NCBI GenBank assembly: GCA_030141605.1
Contig: JAQGDQ010000293.1
Span: 230,190-294,189, forward strand
DNA from: Tubiluchus corallicola
Lineage: Eukaryota > Animalia > Priapulida
Reading direction: 5' to 3'
Length of the DNA: 64,000 nt
The notes beneath the pieces were generated by a model. That model was not told where the DNA came from. It made no database searches and was given only the letters and a program-made list of their open reading frames with translations. Positions 51,740 to 64,000 of this stretch are shown in pieces. A program made the position numbers and the translations under genes. The first letter of the stretch is position 1; every line of letters starts with the position of its first letter.

Positions 51740-54700
51740 CTACAAATAGATTTTTCCTTCTATAACGACTACAGACTTGCCTCCAATCTCGACTCTCTTG
51801 TCTTCTCGTACATTCACGTAGACATCTCCTCCTCTTTTTGAGCACTGACGAGCTACAAAAACGCACAAAGCACATGATAAAATAACAACTTCACTGCTTT
51901 ACTTTGGTATTGTTCATAAGAAAAACAAAGAGATGACTTCAACAAGCCAAAAAAAAGATTCATTCACTCACCTATTCATTCATTCACTCATTTATTCAAT
52001 CATTACATTCATTCACTCATTTATCAGGCCTATGTATTATGCTTAATATTTATTCGCAAGCGAGGCAAATTGTGATAAAAAACTGCACACGAAACAGAAT
52101 TGAGCTCAATAGATGAACCTCATGTGCAAAATTATAATTTCATGCAAGTAACACAGCTTCAGGCCTTAATTAGGCCAGCCAAGAAATTTGACTTATATCG
52201 GCTTAAAACAAAAATACATTTGTTCTGGTATAAATGTATCAAAAGTAAAATACATGCGAAGACCTAAATAAAGCTAAAAATCACGTAGACACATGTACAA
52301 GAATAATAATGCCTTTGCATATCATTTTCATATGCCTAGCAAGACAGCTTAGAATATATGTAAGCCCATGGCCTAGAAAACCAGTGGGAGGGGAGGTGCG
52401 CGTATGCACTAAAACCCCCAAAACTATCAAAACTTTAAAGTTTTGCTGCGAATTCTCCGAAAATCTCTAAAAAGTGTAATATCAGCAATTTGTACCCGAT
52501 GCAGATCTTACAGTTGTAGCCATACACGGGCGTAGTATATTTGCTATGTCACCAAGAAAACAAGGTCAGATTTAGTTTATATATATTCATGGAACTATGC
52601 TGGGACCTGCTGTAGCTGTCAAACTTACTAGTAGCAAATATGCTTTGCCAGAGTTTATGCAGAGCTTTAGATATTAATGACATACGTGAATGTCAAGAAA
52701 GGTGTACAGCAATACAAAAAATGGACGTAATAGCATGTCGTGGAGGCGGCAAAGGGGTTAAGGAAGATACCGTCTGGGAAGGTAACATATGCTGCACAAC
52801 CCTAGATGATATCTTGCTCAATGTATATTTGTGTCTTTCTATATGTGTTTCCATTGTTGCATTAAAACAAATCTATGTGACATAGTATTGCAGTTCAGTG
52901 ATTATACTTTGTGACTGGCCACAAAAAATCTGCATGGTTCAAAGTATTAATTAAACAATTTTGTGAAAAATTGTATAAATTAAGATACATTTATTCACCA
53001 TAGCTAAAAATTTACATTTTTTAACTGTTCACACAATTACCCATAATGAATTCGCACAATACTAATATATGTACTTTGCAACTGTTCATAAGAAGCAAAG
53101 AGATAAATTTAACAAGGTAAATAACAATCATTCATTCACTCATATATTCATTCATTCATTTACAAATCGAACCTATGTTGTTCTCTGTCAGCACAATAAC
53201 AATCATGCACAGTAATTAAACACAGATCTTATAAGACACGGAAAACACACAAAATCAACTCATAAATGAGTAAGCATCATAAGGTAAATGTAAAACATCA
53301 TAGAGCAGCAAATTATCCTACCTCGAAAAGTTGATTTTCCCATCACTTTTTGCCAGTAACAACCAAATACAGTGTGAGCCGACCCTAACAGAGTCAGAAA
53401 TTAGTTGGAGATTACAGGTATCAAATATTGCAAACTTTAAATAAACAAATGCAGTGAATTAACACAGGCTGAAGAAGCCTTTCATGTTTTTGAAAATCAG
53501 ATCTACAATGTATACTTTATTCACCGGTGTTACCATTATTTGGCAGTCATCCAAAATTATTCTTTTTCATTTTTATCACACCAGTTTCTCTGTACCGGAT
53601 AGACTATTTTATATCCAAAATTCCAGTGTTCTCATACAAACTGCAAAGTTAGAAACCACCTCAACAGAAAAGCCATAAAACTGGCAACTCCTTCAGTGAC
53701 ATAGTGATTTTCAGACAGACTTAAGACAGAAAATGTAAGACTAAAACAGAACAAAACTAAAACTAATCTTCATCTTAAAACTAGAGGCCAAAGCAGTGCC
53801 GTTTCAGCTGAACTCCAGGCGATTCACTTCTACAGTCAACCTAGCCAATAAGAAACCCAGCTTTAGTCACGCCAGCCGCTCAGAGATGGGGAGTGGAACC
53901 AGCCGATATTTTTGCCACCTGCAAAGATTTTCGCTCTTGCTAACAAGCCACTGCCATAGCAGTGTCTAGTTTTTTGCTGGATTACTGCTGTGTTTACCTG
54001 TTTTGAGGGCAGATTTCTTTTATTTTAGAGTTCTGCCTGCCCAATGTCTATGATTGACATAATGGGCTTGTGATGATGACGAAATCACTGGGTGAAATAT
54101 GGCAAATGCACTACGGATTCGCGGTCAAATTGTGTGTGTGCTGGCAGAGATACTAACTTTAGAAATTTTTAAACGAGAAAGCAGTCAAATCAAAATTAAT
54201 GACAAAATTAGTCAGAAGTAATGGATCGTTTTAGTGTTTTGGTATTGATTCGTCGGTAAACAAGATAAGCTTCGCCAAGAGTTGGATTTAAATTATATTT
54301 GCAATAAATCGATTGCTTTTTTATAATAATAAAAAAATGATCTCTAATACATTATTTGAATTTGTACATCGGCTTTTTTCTGTGTATAAGAAACACGAGT
54401 TATTTAAAAAAATTGTCTCCATAATTTAACAGCTAACAAACAATTTATCATTTATTTAGTTAACAAGCTGAAAAGTCAGTCAACCTCAGCTGAGCCAGCT
54501 GATTTACTGTGTGAGTCAACTGATGTAGTAGCTACTGACTCTGCTTCAGCTGAGCTAGCTGATTTACTGTCTGAGTCAGCTGATGTAGTAGCTACTGACA
54601 CTGCTTCAGCCGAGCTAGCTGATTTACTGTCTGATTCAGCTGATGTAGTAGCAACTGACTCTGACTCAGCCTCGGCCGAGCTAGCTGATTTACTGTGTGA

Positions 54701-57700
54701 GTCAGCTGATGTAGTAGCAACTGACTCTGCTTCAGCCGAGCTAGCTGATTTACTGTGAGTCAGCTGATGTAGTAGCAACTGACTCAGCTTTAGTCGAGCT
54801 AGCTGATTTACTGTGTGAATCAGTTGATGTAGTAGCAACTGACTCTGCTTCAGTCTCTTATAACTGTAGAGTTTACAGAAAAATAAGAAATCAAACAAAA
54901 CTTACTTTTAGTTATCAATGTGCACAGCTGAATAATAAACACAATTTCTTTTGTTTAGCTTTACTTTAAAGCAAATTCATATATTTCAATAGCATGTTCA
55001 TTCATTCTTATGTAAACGATGTAAATTATTTACCACAAACTGGATCTTCGGGCACTCCATTCCAAGGGAAAAAACAACGGGAATAAAAGTCGTACCCGGA
55101 GTCGACCGGAGCTTTAACAGTCAAGTGGACACCATCCAGTTTCATCTGGGACATGTTAGCTGCAGGAAGAGCAAAAATATCCGGTGCCCTTGCTTCCAAC
55201 ATCTCCCTGAAAATGTCTCTTTACTGCTTTATCATGAAGGACATTTTTGGTCACTGTGTGTCCTTAGCTGCAAAATTAAGCAACATGGGACCTGCTTACC
55301 AATTGTGTTAAAGGACGAGAAAAGAGGTGCCTGATGTAGGTTTCAGAAGAATTGCCTAAAAAAATTATATGACTTTACAGCAATTTTATGCATATATCGT
55401 ACTCGAACAGGAATACTCGAAAAAAGTAATTTTTGTTTGTTTTCATTTTAAGTCTCTGCAATATTGTTCCGATGGTGCCATTACACATTACCAGGGTGCG
55501 CCACTCACTAACCAAAAAATGTATTTTTAATCTTATTGACAAGATACAGTAATTTAAAATTTTACTTAGTTAGTTACACATGTGCTATGAATGCTCTGAT
55601 TGTTTTTCAAACTTCAGGAGGCAACGTTACCTAAACTACTTTCACAAGAACTACCATTAAAATGGCTGCACCTAACGGTCAACGGAGTTTAAATTTACAA
55701 GTTTTATACAGCATTACCGCCGACGCAAGCCCTACATGCAAAAAGGCAGTATTCTAAGTGGTATAAAATTTCAATGACGAATTTTATAAGCTTTACGTAA
55801 GTGGAGTGTTTTCTTGTGCTTTTAAAAATCTGGTTTCAGATGGTTTTGTCAGCAATACTTCACCCACTTCTCAGTGACAGACAGTGTACGTATGGTTGAG
55901 AGAGCTTGAAGAGAGACTTGTTAGCAACTCAGAATACTAAATTTCAAGTTACTTAAAAGCAAAACCGGACCCAATCTCAAACTGTAGGTCAAAGCAATCT
56001 ACTCTTTAAAATATTGAAAGGAAACACTATTTTTTCAGAAATGACTTTCAAGAGTTATTCCTACCCAAACACAATTTCACGTTCGAATCACTAGTTCTTC
56101 GCTGTTACATGCATTTTGCCATTTACTAGTTAGACGGGCACTAGCGCCTGCATTTTGGAAACGCATAACACAAAAACAGGTGCTGTACCTCTCAGTTCAG
56201 ATGTGTTAGTTTCTGACAAACAAGTTTGACAGCTCCAGCGTGAGTACAGCGGTAAATTTTAAATTTGAATTTTTATCTTAAAACTTGCCTAGTTTTAGTA
56301 CAAAACATTAAATATATTACAGTAGCACTGTACTTCAATTTCGCAAACACATGCTCGTGGATTATTTTTTTGTTGAAAATTATGTTAGTTCGTGATGTCA
56401 TCAATAGTAGGGTTTGCCCATCATTAATTAAGTTTTTAATCTATTATTTAATTATCAGAAATGCTTTTGCAGTGTGAAAATGTATACTTTTTATCGGACC
56501 TGAAAATGGCGTAGTATATGAAAAATGATCCTGTCTTCCTTTATAAAAAAAACAGGGCTTCACAGCAATGAAACAAACAACTAAAATACATGCACACATT
56601 AAAGACTAACAGCAAATTCACGTGTTTTGCAACCAGACTGTGTGTTACTATGTAATAATATAAAACTAACAAAAAGTACAAAACGAATGAGGTAAACTGT
56701 GACCGAGGCGGATTCAATATTATAGATATATGACTTAATTTCCTCACGTATAAACTGGTATAGTTGTATTTGTGAAGTCGCGCTGAATGCCCGAATTTTC
56801 GCAAAATTTCGATTAGTTGGTACTTTTACGGTGGTTCTTCTGAACCTACCTTTGCAGCCGTTGTATTCACAGCTAAATTCGTTTCTTGGACCAGTTTGGA
56901 GGCAACATATCTATATATACACACACACGCACGCACACACACACACACACATATACTTTTTATTACTGCATGAGTTTACATCTCGGCTATTTATCTATGT
57001 AAATCACCTATAAAAGATTACAATTGTACAAAATTACAAGATTACAAAAGATTACCGGAATTAATTTAAAGGCGAACTCCAGCAGCAGAAGTGAATATTT
57101 ATTCACATACCATAAGGAATGATATGTGACAAATCAAGTAAAAAATTTCCTAATAATGAACAAGCGCACCTGGATACAGAATCTTGAAGACGCACAATCA
57201 TTTGTCGTATAACCGGAGCATATTCCACATCAACAGCAACCCAATCTCCAATAAGTACCTGTGTAATTTAAAAAGTCAGTATTAAGGTTTGTCAGTGTGT
57301 CAAGGTTGTCACTGCAGGGTGGTGATTGCAGTATGTCAACGTTTTCGCTTAGCTACTGCTTAAAGAATATTTTGAAGAGCTTGGATGGGTCGATTCCTGG
57401 AAGAATCAAATTTTGGCACTTCATTTCGGTTCTTCTGAGAGTTGGTTTTACAATAACTAGGTTGTTTTGAACCTTTGATTATTTTGCTTATTTTTTTCTA
57501 TGCTTATTTTTTCTTTCCATACTCTCAGTTTTTAACTTAACTCACTAACCTTGGTCAAATTCCCCTGTTAATAAGACCCCATTTGAAACTACTACATATA
57601 ATAATCCTAATTACTGAATAATTGTATTGTTTTGTTTAGATCTAACTTTATTATTTTTTGTTTTCAGTTCTTTTTGGATAATTTGTGTCATTTATACAGT

Positions 57701-60700
57701 TTTTGTTATTATTTTTATTTGTTTTTATCTGCAGCATCACCATTAATTTTTAATATACTAATCTATTTATAAGAAAGGGCAGGACACTAGATGACCCTAT
57801 GGTCCTTCCCTGCCCTGCTCCATGATTATAATTACTTAATATTTAAAAAACTTTTGATGTTAAATTGGAGAAAATAAACGTTCTATGTGTATGTCTATGT
57901 CTAATGAACAGGTTACCAAACTTACTGCACAGAATACAAGAAGCACTTGTTTAACGTAGGTTATTTAAGTGTCAGTTTTTTAAAAAAAACTCTAGTTGCA
58001 TGCAATTCAAACTGACTAAAAAGGTGCCATGATAGTCTTTATTTTGTTTAATATGTAACAACCAAGTGTAAATAAATAGTAAAATAGAGAACAAATCATA
58101 ATGCTTCAGTCAAGTAACTGTAAAGAAAACCCCAATGCCACCTTTAAACAATCTTGACCTGCACATTTCTCTCACATTGTTTGGTTGTTCAGGCAGACTC
58201 AAGCCTAATCGTGGTTAATTAACATTTGAAAACTGTAACTGGAAACAAGTAGCTGAATTTATCCATAAACGTACACGACTAGAACAGAAAAATTCTGCAA
58301 AGATCTTGAATAAAAACCGTGTTTGTGAAGATTTTTAAAAAAGTTGATAGTGCAGACAACATAGCAGCATGGCTTTGTGTCTGTGAATCACCTGACAGTT
58401 TTATGAAATTTTTGCTTTGAGTTTGATTTTGTTGCTTTTTGTGATATAATTTTTGCCCTACGCTGAATTCTGTTTTGCTTTGGTTTTGACAAATTCTTTT
58501 ACTTTCAGTTGAGCAGCGTTTGCTTTATAAAATTTTCGCTTTGAGTTTCATTTTGTTTGATATAATTTTTTGCTATAAGTTAAATTCCGTTTTGCATTGC
58601 TTGTGAAGACTTCCTTTTATTCTGAGTGGAATTGCATTTTTGCTTTGAGCAGATTTTTGTTGCTTTGTTTGATGTTATTTTTTGCTCTACATTGAATTTC
58701 ATTAATTTTTTGCTTGATGTTATTCCTTGTTATGCTTTGAATTCCATTTCTGCTTTGAGTTGATTTTTGTTGCTTTTGCCTTTTATACATACACCAACCA
58801 TCACCCTGTGAAAAAACTTGTATTTTTAATAAGGGGCAGCTGACCAAGTGACCAATAGGTCTTTCGCTGCTCCTTCTCAGCTGCAATGAAATGGAAAAAT
58901 AATTATGACGAATTTTAACTGCTATTGAGAAAATAAAATTGAATTGAATAAAAGCGTAAGCAACACATTCATTAAAAATCCAAGACAATTTGCTCGCCTT
59001 TAAAAGTTCTTTGACATTTTCCTTGTTAACACTAATAGTTGGATTAGCAGGAAAATCAAGCAGAATCAACTTATCCTCTTTCCTTCTGGCAACAAGTGGT
59101 CCACTCAGTGTGTCAAATGTAATCTCTGCAGACTCATTACCTGCAACAATTTATTTACTTATGGTAAAATTCATTATCTCCTGCGTGAGATCCACTCATA
59201 CCTGTAATTATTAGTATGGTGTATCACAAATATTTAGGATCAATTATATCCACTAATGGATAACAATGCAGTTAAGCCTATTATACATTCAGTGCTTAAC
59301 CTTTCTAGGAAAACTTCCACCGATAAGCATTGAAGGCGAATCTTTTAATGAAGACAATTGACCCTAGTCTAGTACATCAGATATTTACACTAAATGTGAA
59401 CACAAGACGTTCTCAAGATGAAAACTGAACAAAATCTAGTAATGTTTTTTAAGAAATTTAACAATTTTTGTTAAAATAACAATAGACATGCTTTCTAACA
59501 TTCAAAAATGTGAGCAAGATGTTACAGTGAACAGGCAGCGAAGGTTGAATACAAGCCTACAGAGAACCAAACTACGTAAAAATAAACAAACAAACAAATA
59601 ACACCAGAATACATATGCAAGATGCAAAATTGGGGATAACTAACAATTGTTTAAAGCCACACCTTTTCAGGAACATGTCACATGTATGGGATCATTTAAG
59701 TGTTTTGACATTGATTCGTCAGTAAACAAGATAAGCCTCGCCAAGGGTTGGATTTAAATTATATTTGCAATAAATCCATTGCTTTTTTATAACAATCAAA
59801 AATGATCTCTAATGCACTATTTGAATTTGTACATCAGCTTTTTCCTGTCTATAAGCAACAGGAATTATTTAAAAAAATTGTTTCCATAATTTACCAGTTA
59901 ACTAACAATTTATCGTTGATTTAGTTAACAAAAATTTGAAGCTTCAGCTGACTTAGCCGAGCCAGCTGATTCACTATGTGAGTCAGCTGATTTAGTAGCA
60001 ACTGACTCAGCTTCAGCTTCTAGATTTACATTTCTGTCCTGCTTAGCAAACTTACCAACACAAGAGAAAAGCACCGTGGCAGCAGCAAGAGTGGCATGAC
60101 CACAGAGCGGGACTTCACAGGCAGGGGTAAACCATCGTAGATGAAACCGGGAAGAATTCTTGAACGAATCGTTTTCTGTTGGCAGTGCAATGAAACAGGT
60201 TTCCGACAAGTTCATTTCGAAAGCAATTTTTTGCATTTTTGCATCGTCGATTACCTAAAATAGAATAACCGAATGACTATATACATCACAATGTCTACAG
60301 CCATTTAATAATATAACCCAAGAAATGCAGATTACACCACAATTCAACTAATAAAAACAACACAGCCTTCGGACTGTTTGGAATAGATTTTGAACATATA
60401 ACATATCTGCTGTTTTGTACAGTTCAAATGATACTCAGAATATCTATTCGAATTGCAGAAAGAAACTACAAAGCCTCCGTAGAAACGGAAACAACAACAA
60501 CAACAACAACAAAATGCATTTTCTGCATTGATACTCATTGTAATTCTCACTTAAAATTATACTAAATCTTCATGAAAAACACCTACTGTTATAATAGATC
60601 CAAATACAAACATAACTGAAAGGCACAGTCACCATTATCCTGACATTATTATGACTGATGTTATAAGTTTAATTGATTACAAATTGATTTCAGCTGTGAC

Positions 60701-61165
60701 TAAATGGACACTTTTGTTTTCAACTAACTTGTTAAATTTGTTTCAATATTTCTAAAAATAAACCAGTGATTTTTATTATGCAAGCCTGTGATTTAAATAT
60801 TATAATATAATGACTTATTTTTTGTAACACAGTAGATTCATTGCGTTCATCGCATAAATAAATAACAAAAACATTATCACTTAGTAGTTAAAAACTCATA
60901 TCTTTACATAAATAAGAGTGCGATTAAGCCACATACATTGACTTTGATTTTGTGCTACAGGATCACAAGTTGTTTGCAGTGAAGAACAGTGTAATAAAAA
61001 TAGCTGAAAACAAATTGAGACGAAAAGTTTGTTAATGACAGATCATTAATTTACCTGATTGTGTGACACTAGACATACAGCAGCAGCATTTCCAGCAAAT
61101 GCCTGGCTTGTAAAAGCATCCACCACATATAAAGGCAACGTGCATCCCTTATTTAAACTTGTCAT
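51740..61165 (-). CDS. PBLD: Phenazine biosynthesis-like domain protein (PhzF/DapF-fold isomerase family), 296 aa
   Basis: Exons 61165-61055 (VDAFTSQAFAGNAAAVC), 60254-60056 (EMNLSETCF..LRWFTP..EVPLCGHATLAAA), 59140-58998 (FDTLSG..LDFP; GC donor), 57258-57170, 55206-55034 (YDFYSRCFFPWNGVPEDPVC), 53384-53322 (GSAHTVFGCYW) and 51852-51740 (ARQCSKRGG..RVEIGG..IEGKIYL*). Sum 891 nt, phases consistent. Confidence 0.92.
54222..54856. repeat. Dispersed element ending in a ~60-bp tandem array; related copy at ~59688-60020 and partial at ~63965-64000
   Basis: Shared 'ttgattcgtc.gtaaacaagataagc' block followed by 'gagctagctgatttactgtgtgagtcagctgatgtagtagcaactgactc' units. Confidence 0.8.
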
Positions 61166-61339
61166 CTTGGTCTGTTGAGTAGAAACTAAATGCAAATATG
61201 CAGCTACAAATTTTGAATATAGTATGATGTCTGTATCAAATTGCCTAATGTACATGTTAGATCATAAATCTGTACCAAAAACCTAAATACGTCAGTAGTT
61301 GACAGCCTCTTGGTTTTTTGTCGTTTCAAGAGCTTTATG

Positions 61340-61709
61340 CAATACCATAGGAAGAGGAGGTAATCTTACTGTTAGTGTGTGCCCAATCCAAAGCAATTTT
61401 CTTACCCTTGTATTTGTCTACTACCAGGAATCTTCTTGACTGCATTATACAGATCATCATTGGATATTCTATCAGGCGATTTAATTGCGAGTAATTTCCT
61501 ATAGAGACGTCTTCGAAAAGCATCAATTGTCCTTCTGTTGCTTAACTTTTATTGTCCATAGCTCAGCAGTGTACAAAATCACAGATTCGACTAAAGTTGA
61601 AAGGATCCGGACTCTGGTTTCAAGAGAAAGTCTATTGTTATCAAAAATCGTTGAGATATCTGAATAAGCAGACAATGTAAGAATTTTCCTTCTTTGTATG
61701 TGGGCTTCG
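61340..61709 (-). mobile_element. Degenerate RTE-clade LINE reverse-transcriptase fragment (thumb/C-terminal region)
   Basis: Hand translation with frameshifts: LSLETRVRILSTLVESVILYTAELWTI..IDAFRRRLYRKLLAIKSPDRISNDDLY..LLWIGH, matching the RTE pattern. Confidence 0.8.
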
Positions 61710-62049
61710 GTGTCTTACAAGCTACAAAGTTATTCACATCTTTTCCATGAATCATTACCTCATCTTCAATTTTAATTTCATTCTATTGCACAAATACAAT
61801 AGTGTATCATGGCAAAAAAATTACAATTGCAAAAAAGTCAAAGTACAAGAAACACGAAAAATAACAAATACAAATGCAATTATGCAACATTGCAAAAACA
61901 TAAGTTTGTACAACTTACTTAAATACCTACTTAAATCTAATAAGAAATTATGTGCTCTTACGAAATAAAACTTTATGCTACAACTACAAAGTAGTAGTAA
62001 AAACACAAAACCTAAATAATTAATATAATCACATACGAGATTAAATTAC

Positions 62050-62640
62050 ACAATCACAGCACAAGGTTTATCCAGCACTCAGAGATTACCACCAAGAACT
62101 GCCTTTTTTATCACATTCATTTAGGCAGTTTCCAAAGTGAATAAGGTTCTTCTGGGTTTGCAATTAGAAAAAACCACATTACTGAGTATACGTTACCTTT
62201 TTGCAAAGATATATTTATGCTCATATTTTTGTCTAATATCTTTATACAAAAGACAAGTAAAAAGGTAATATAATTTGTTTTCTACTAATTTTGAGCTATT
62301 GTTGTGACAGTATTGACAAAGCCTTTCAGCCCTTTTTTATTTTGATATCTAAATCGTTCTATTTCCAGGTCATATTCGCTGTTACGTAATTTCGTAATCA
62401 TTTGTCGCTGTTTCTCATTAGAAATAATTTTGAAATAATCTTCTGATTCATTATTGATTTTTACATATCTATAAAATCTTAGTTTGTTTTTGCCATCACT
62501 GTGTCTAGGATCATTATGTAGCTTTGTAAAAAATAGTTTTCTGTACATTGATTTAAGTTTATTACAAAATTCTTTTAATATGCATTTCAGATGCATTTTA
62601 TCAATTTCATCTACACCACATGTTTGAAATCCTGGAAAAT
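62050..62640 (-). mobile_element. Degenerate non-LTR retrotransposon ORF2 C-terminus with decayed Cys/His finger
   Basis: NKLRFYRYVK..EDYF..QRQMITKLRNSEYDLEIERFRY, then after a frameshift ERLCQYC..VENKLYYLFTCLLYKDIR. Confidence 0.75.
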
Positions 62641-62813
62641 TTGCCCAATTTGTATAAAGCTGTTCCGCCTTGCGATTTGTGCTACTGGCTTGTGTTAGGT
62701 TTTTGGTACAGATTTATGATCTAACATACATTAGGCAATTTGATACAGACATCATACTATATTCAAAATTTGTAGCTGCATATTTGCCTTTAGTTTCTAC
62801 TCAACAGACCAAG

Positions 62814-63927
62814 ATGACAAGTTTAAATAAGGGATGCACTTTGCCTTTATATGTGGTGGATGCTTTCACAAGCCAGGCATTTGCTGGAAATGCTGCTGCT
62901 GTATGTCTAGTGTCACACAATCAGGTAAATTAATGATGATCTGTCATTAACAAACTTTTCGTCTTAATTTGTTTTCAGCTATTTTTATTGCACTGTTCTT
63001 CACTGCAAATAACTTGTGGTCCTGTAGCACAAACTCAGTCAATGTATGTGGCTTAATCGCACTCTTATTTATGTAAAGATATGAGTTTTTAACTACTAAC
63101 TGATAATGTTTTTGTTATTTATTTATGTGATTAACTCAATGAATTAACTGTGTTACAATAAATAAATCATTATATTATAATATTTAAATCGCAGGCTTGC
63201 ATAATAAAAATCACTGGTTTATTTTTAGAAATATTGAAACAAATTTAACAAGTTAGTTGAAAACAAAAGTGTCCATTTAGTCACAGCTGAAATCAATTTG
63301 TAATCAATTAAACTTATAACATCAGTCATAATAATGTCAGGATAATGGTGACTGTGCCTTTCAGTTATGTTTGTATTTGGATCTATTATAACAGTAGGTG
63401 TTTTTCATGAAGATTTAGTATAATTTTAAGTGAGAATTACAATGAGTATCAATGCAGAAAATGCATTTTGTTGTTGTTGTTGTTGTTGTTGTTTCCGTTT
63501 CTACGGAGGCTTTGTAGTTTCTTTCTGCAATTCGAATAGATATTCTGAGTATTATTTGAACTGTACAAAACAGGAGATATGTTATATGTTCAAAATCTAT
63601 TCCAAACAGTCCGAAGGCTGTGTTGTTTTTATTAGTTGAATTGTGGTGTAATCTGCATTTCTTGGGTTATATTATTAAATGGCTGTAGACATTGTGATGT
63701 ATATAGTCATTCGGTTATTCTATTTTAGGTAATCGACGATGCAAAAATGCAAAAAATTGCTTTCGAAATGAACTTGTCGGAAACCTGTTTCATTGCACTG
63801 CCAACAGAAAACGATTCGTTCAAGAATTCTTCCCGGTTTGGCCTGCGATGGTTTACCCCTGCCTGTGAAATCCAACTGTGTGGTCATGCCACTCTTGCTG
63901 CTGCCACGGTGCTTTTCTCTTGTGTTG
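62814..63927 (+). CDS. PBLD: Second PBLD copy (exons 1-2; continues beyond the window)
   Basis: Exons 62814-62924 and 63729-63927 are open with intact GT-AG sites and near-identical to the minus-strand copy. Confidence 0.88.
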
Positions 63928-64000
63928 GTAAGTTTGCTAAGCAGGACAGAAATGTAAATCTAGAAGCTGAACCTGAGTCAGTGCTACTACATCAGCTGAC

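Larger units (their letters stand above)
59985..64000. repeat. Large inverted segmental duplication: arms ~59985-61298 and ~62682-64000+, spacer ~1.4 kb
   Basis: 62682-64000 is the near-identical reverse complement of 61298-59985, including intron 1 and its (GTT)n run. Confidence 0.95.

Noticed and set aside
54476-54898. Ser/Ala-rich repeat ORF (SAEAESVATTSAD)
   Set aside because: Intronic tandem array of a dispersed element with a frameshift between units; not needed for the complete PBLD frame.

Overview
AT-rich, intron-containing animal (probably invertebrate bilaterian) genomic DNA; most short ORFs in the supplied track are spurious. Manual splice reconstruction gives: (1) a 5-exon orphan gene (minus, 544-3123, ~260 aa); (2) a complete macroH2A histone-variant gene (minus, 10473-22515, 372 aa); (3) an ATOH8/Net bHLH gene (plus, main exon 28204-29466, probable 'AE*' terminal exon at 47456); (4) a complete PBLD/PhzF-family gene (minus, 51740-61165, 296 aa); and (5) a recent head-to-head inverted duplicate of PBLD running off the window end. 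Many MITEs, LINE fragments and minisatellites are interspersed. The best new candidate is in macroH2A. It carries two tandem, paralogous 175-nt exons (14772-14946 and 12829-13003) that can only be used one at a time and that swap the ADP-ribose diphosphate-binding loop of the macro domain. This is a different exon from the one alternated in vertebrate macroH2A1.1/1.2. A 19-bp intronic complementary pair (14730-14748 with 12002-12021) could loop out one of the two exons.
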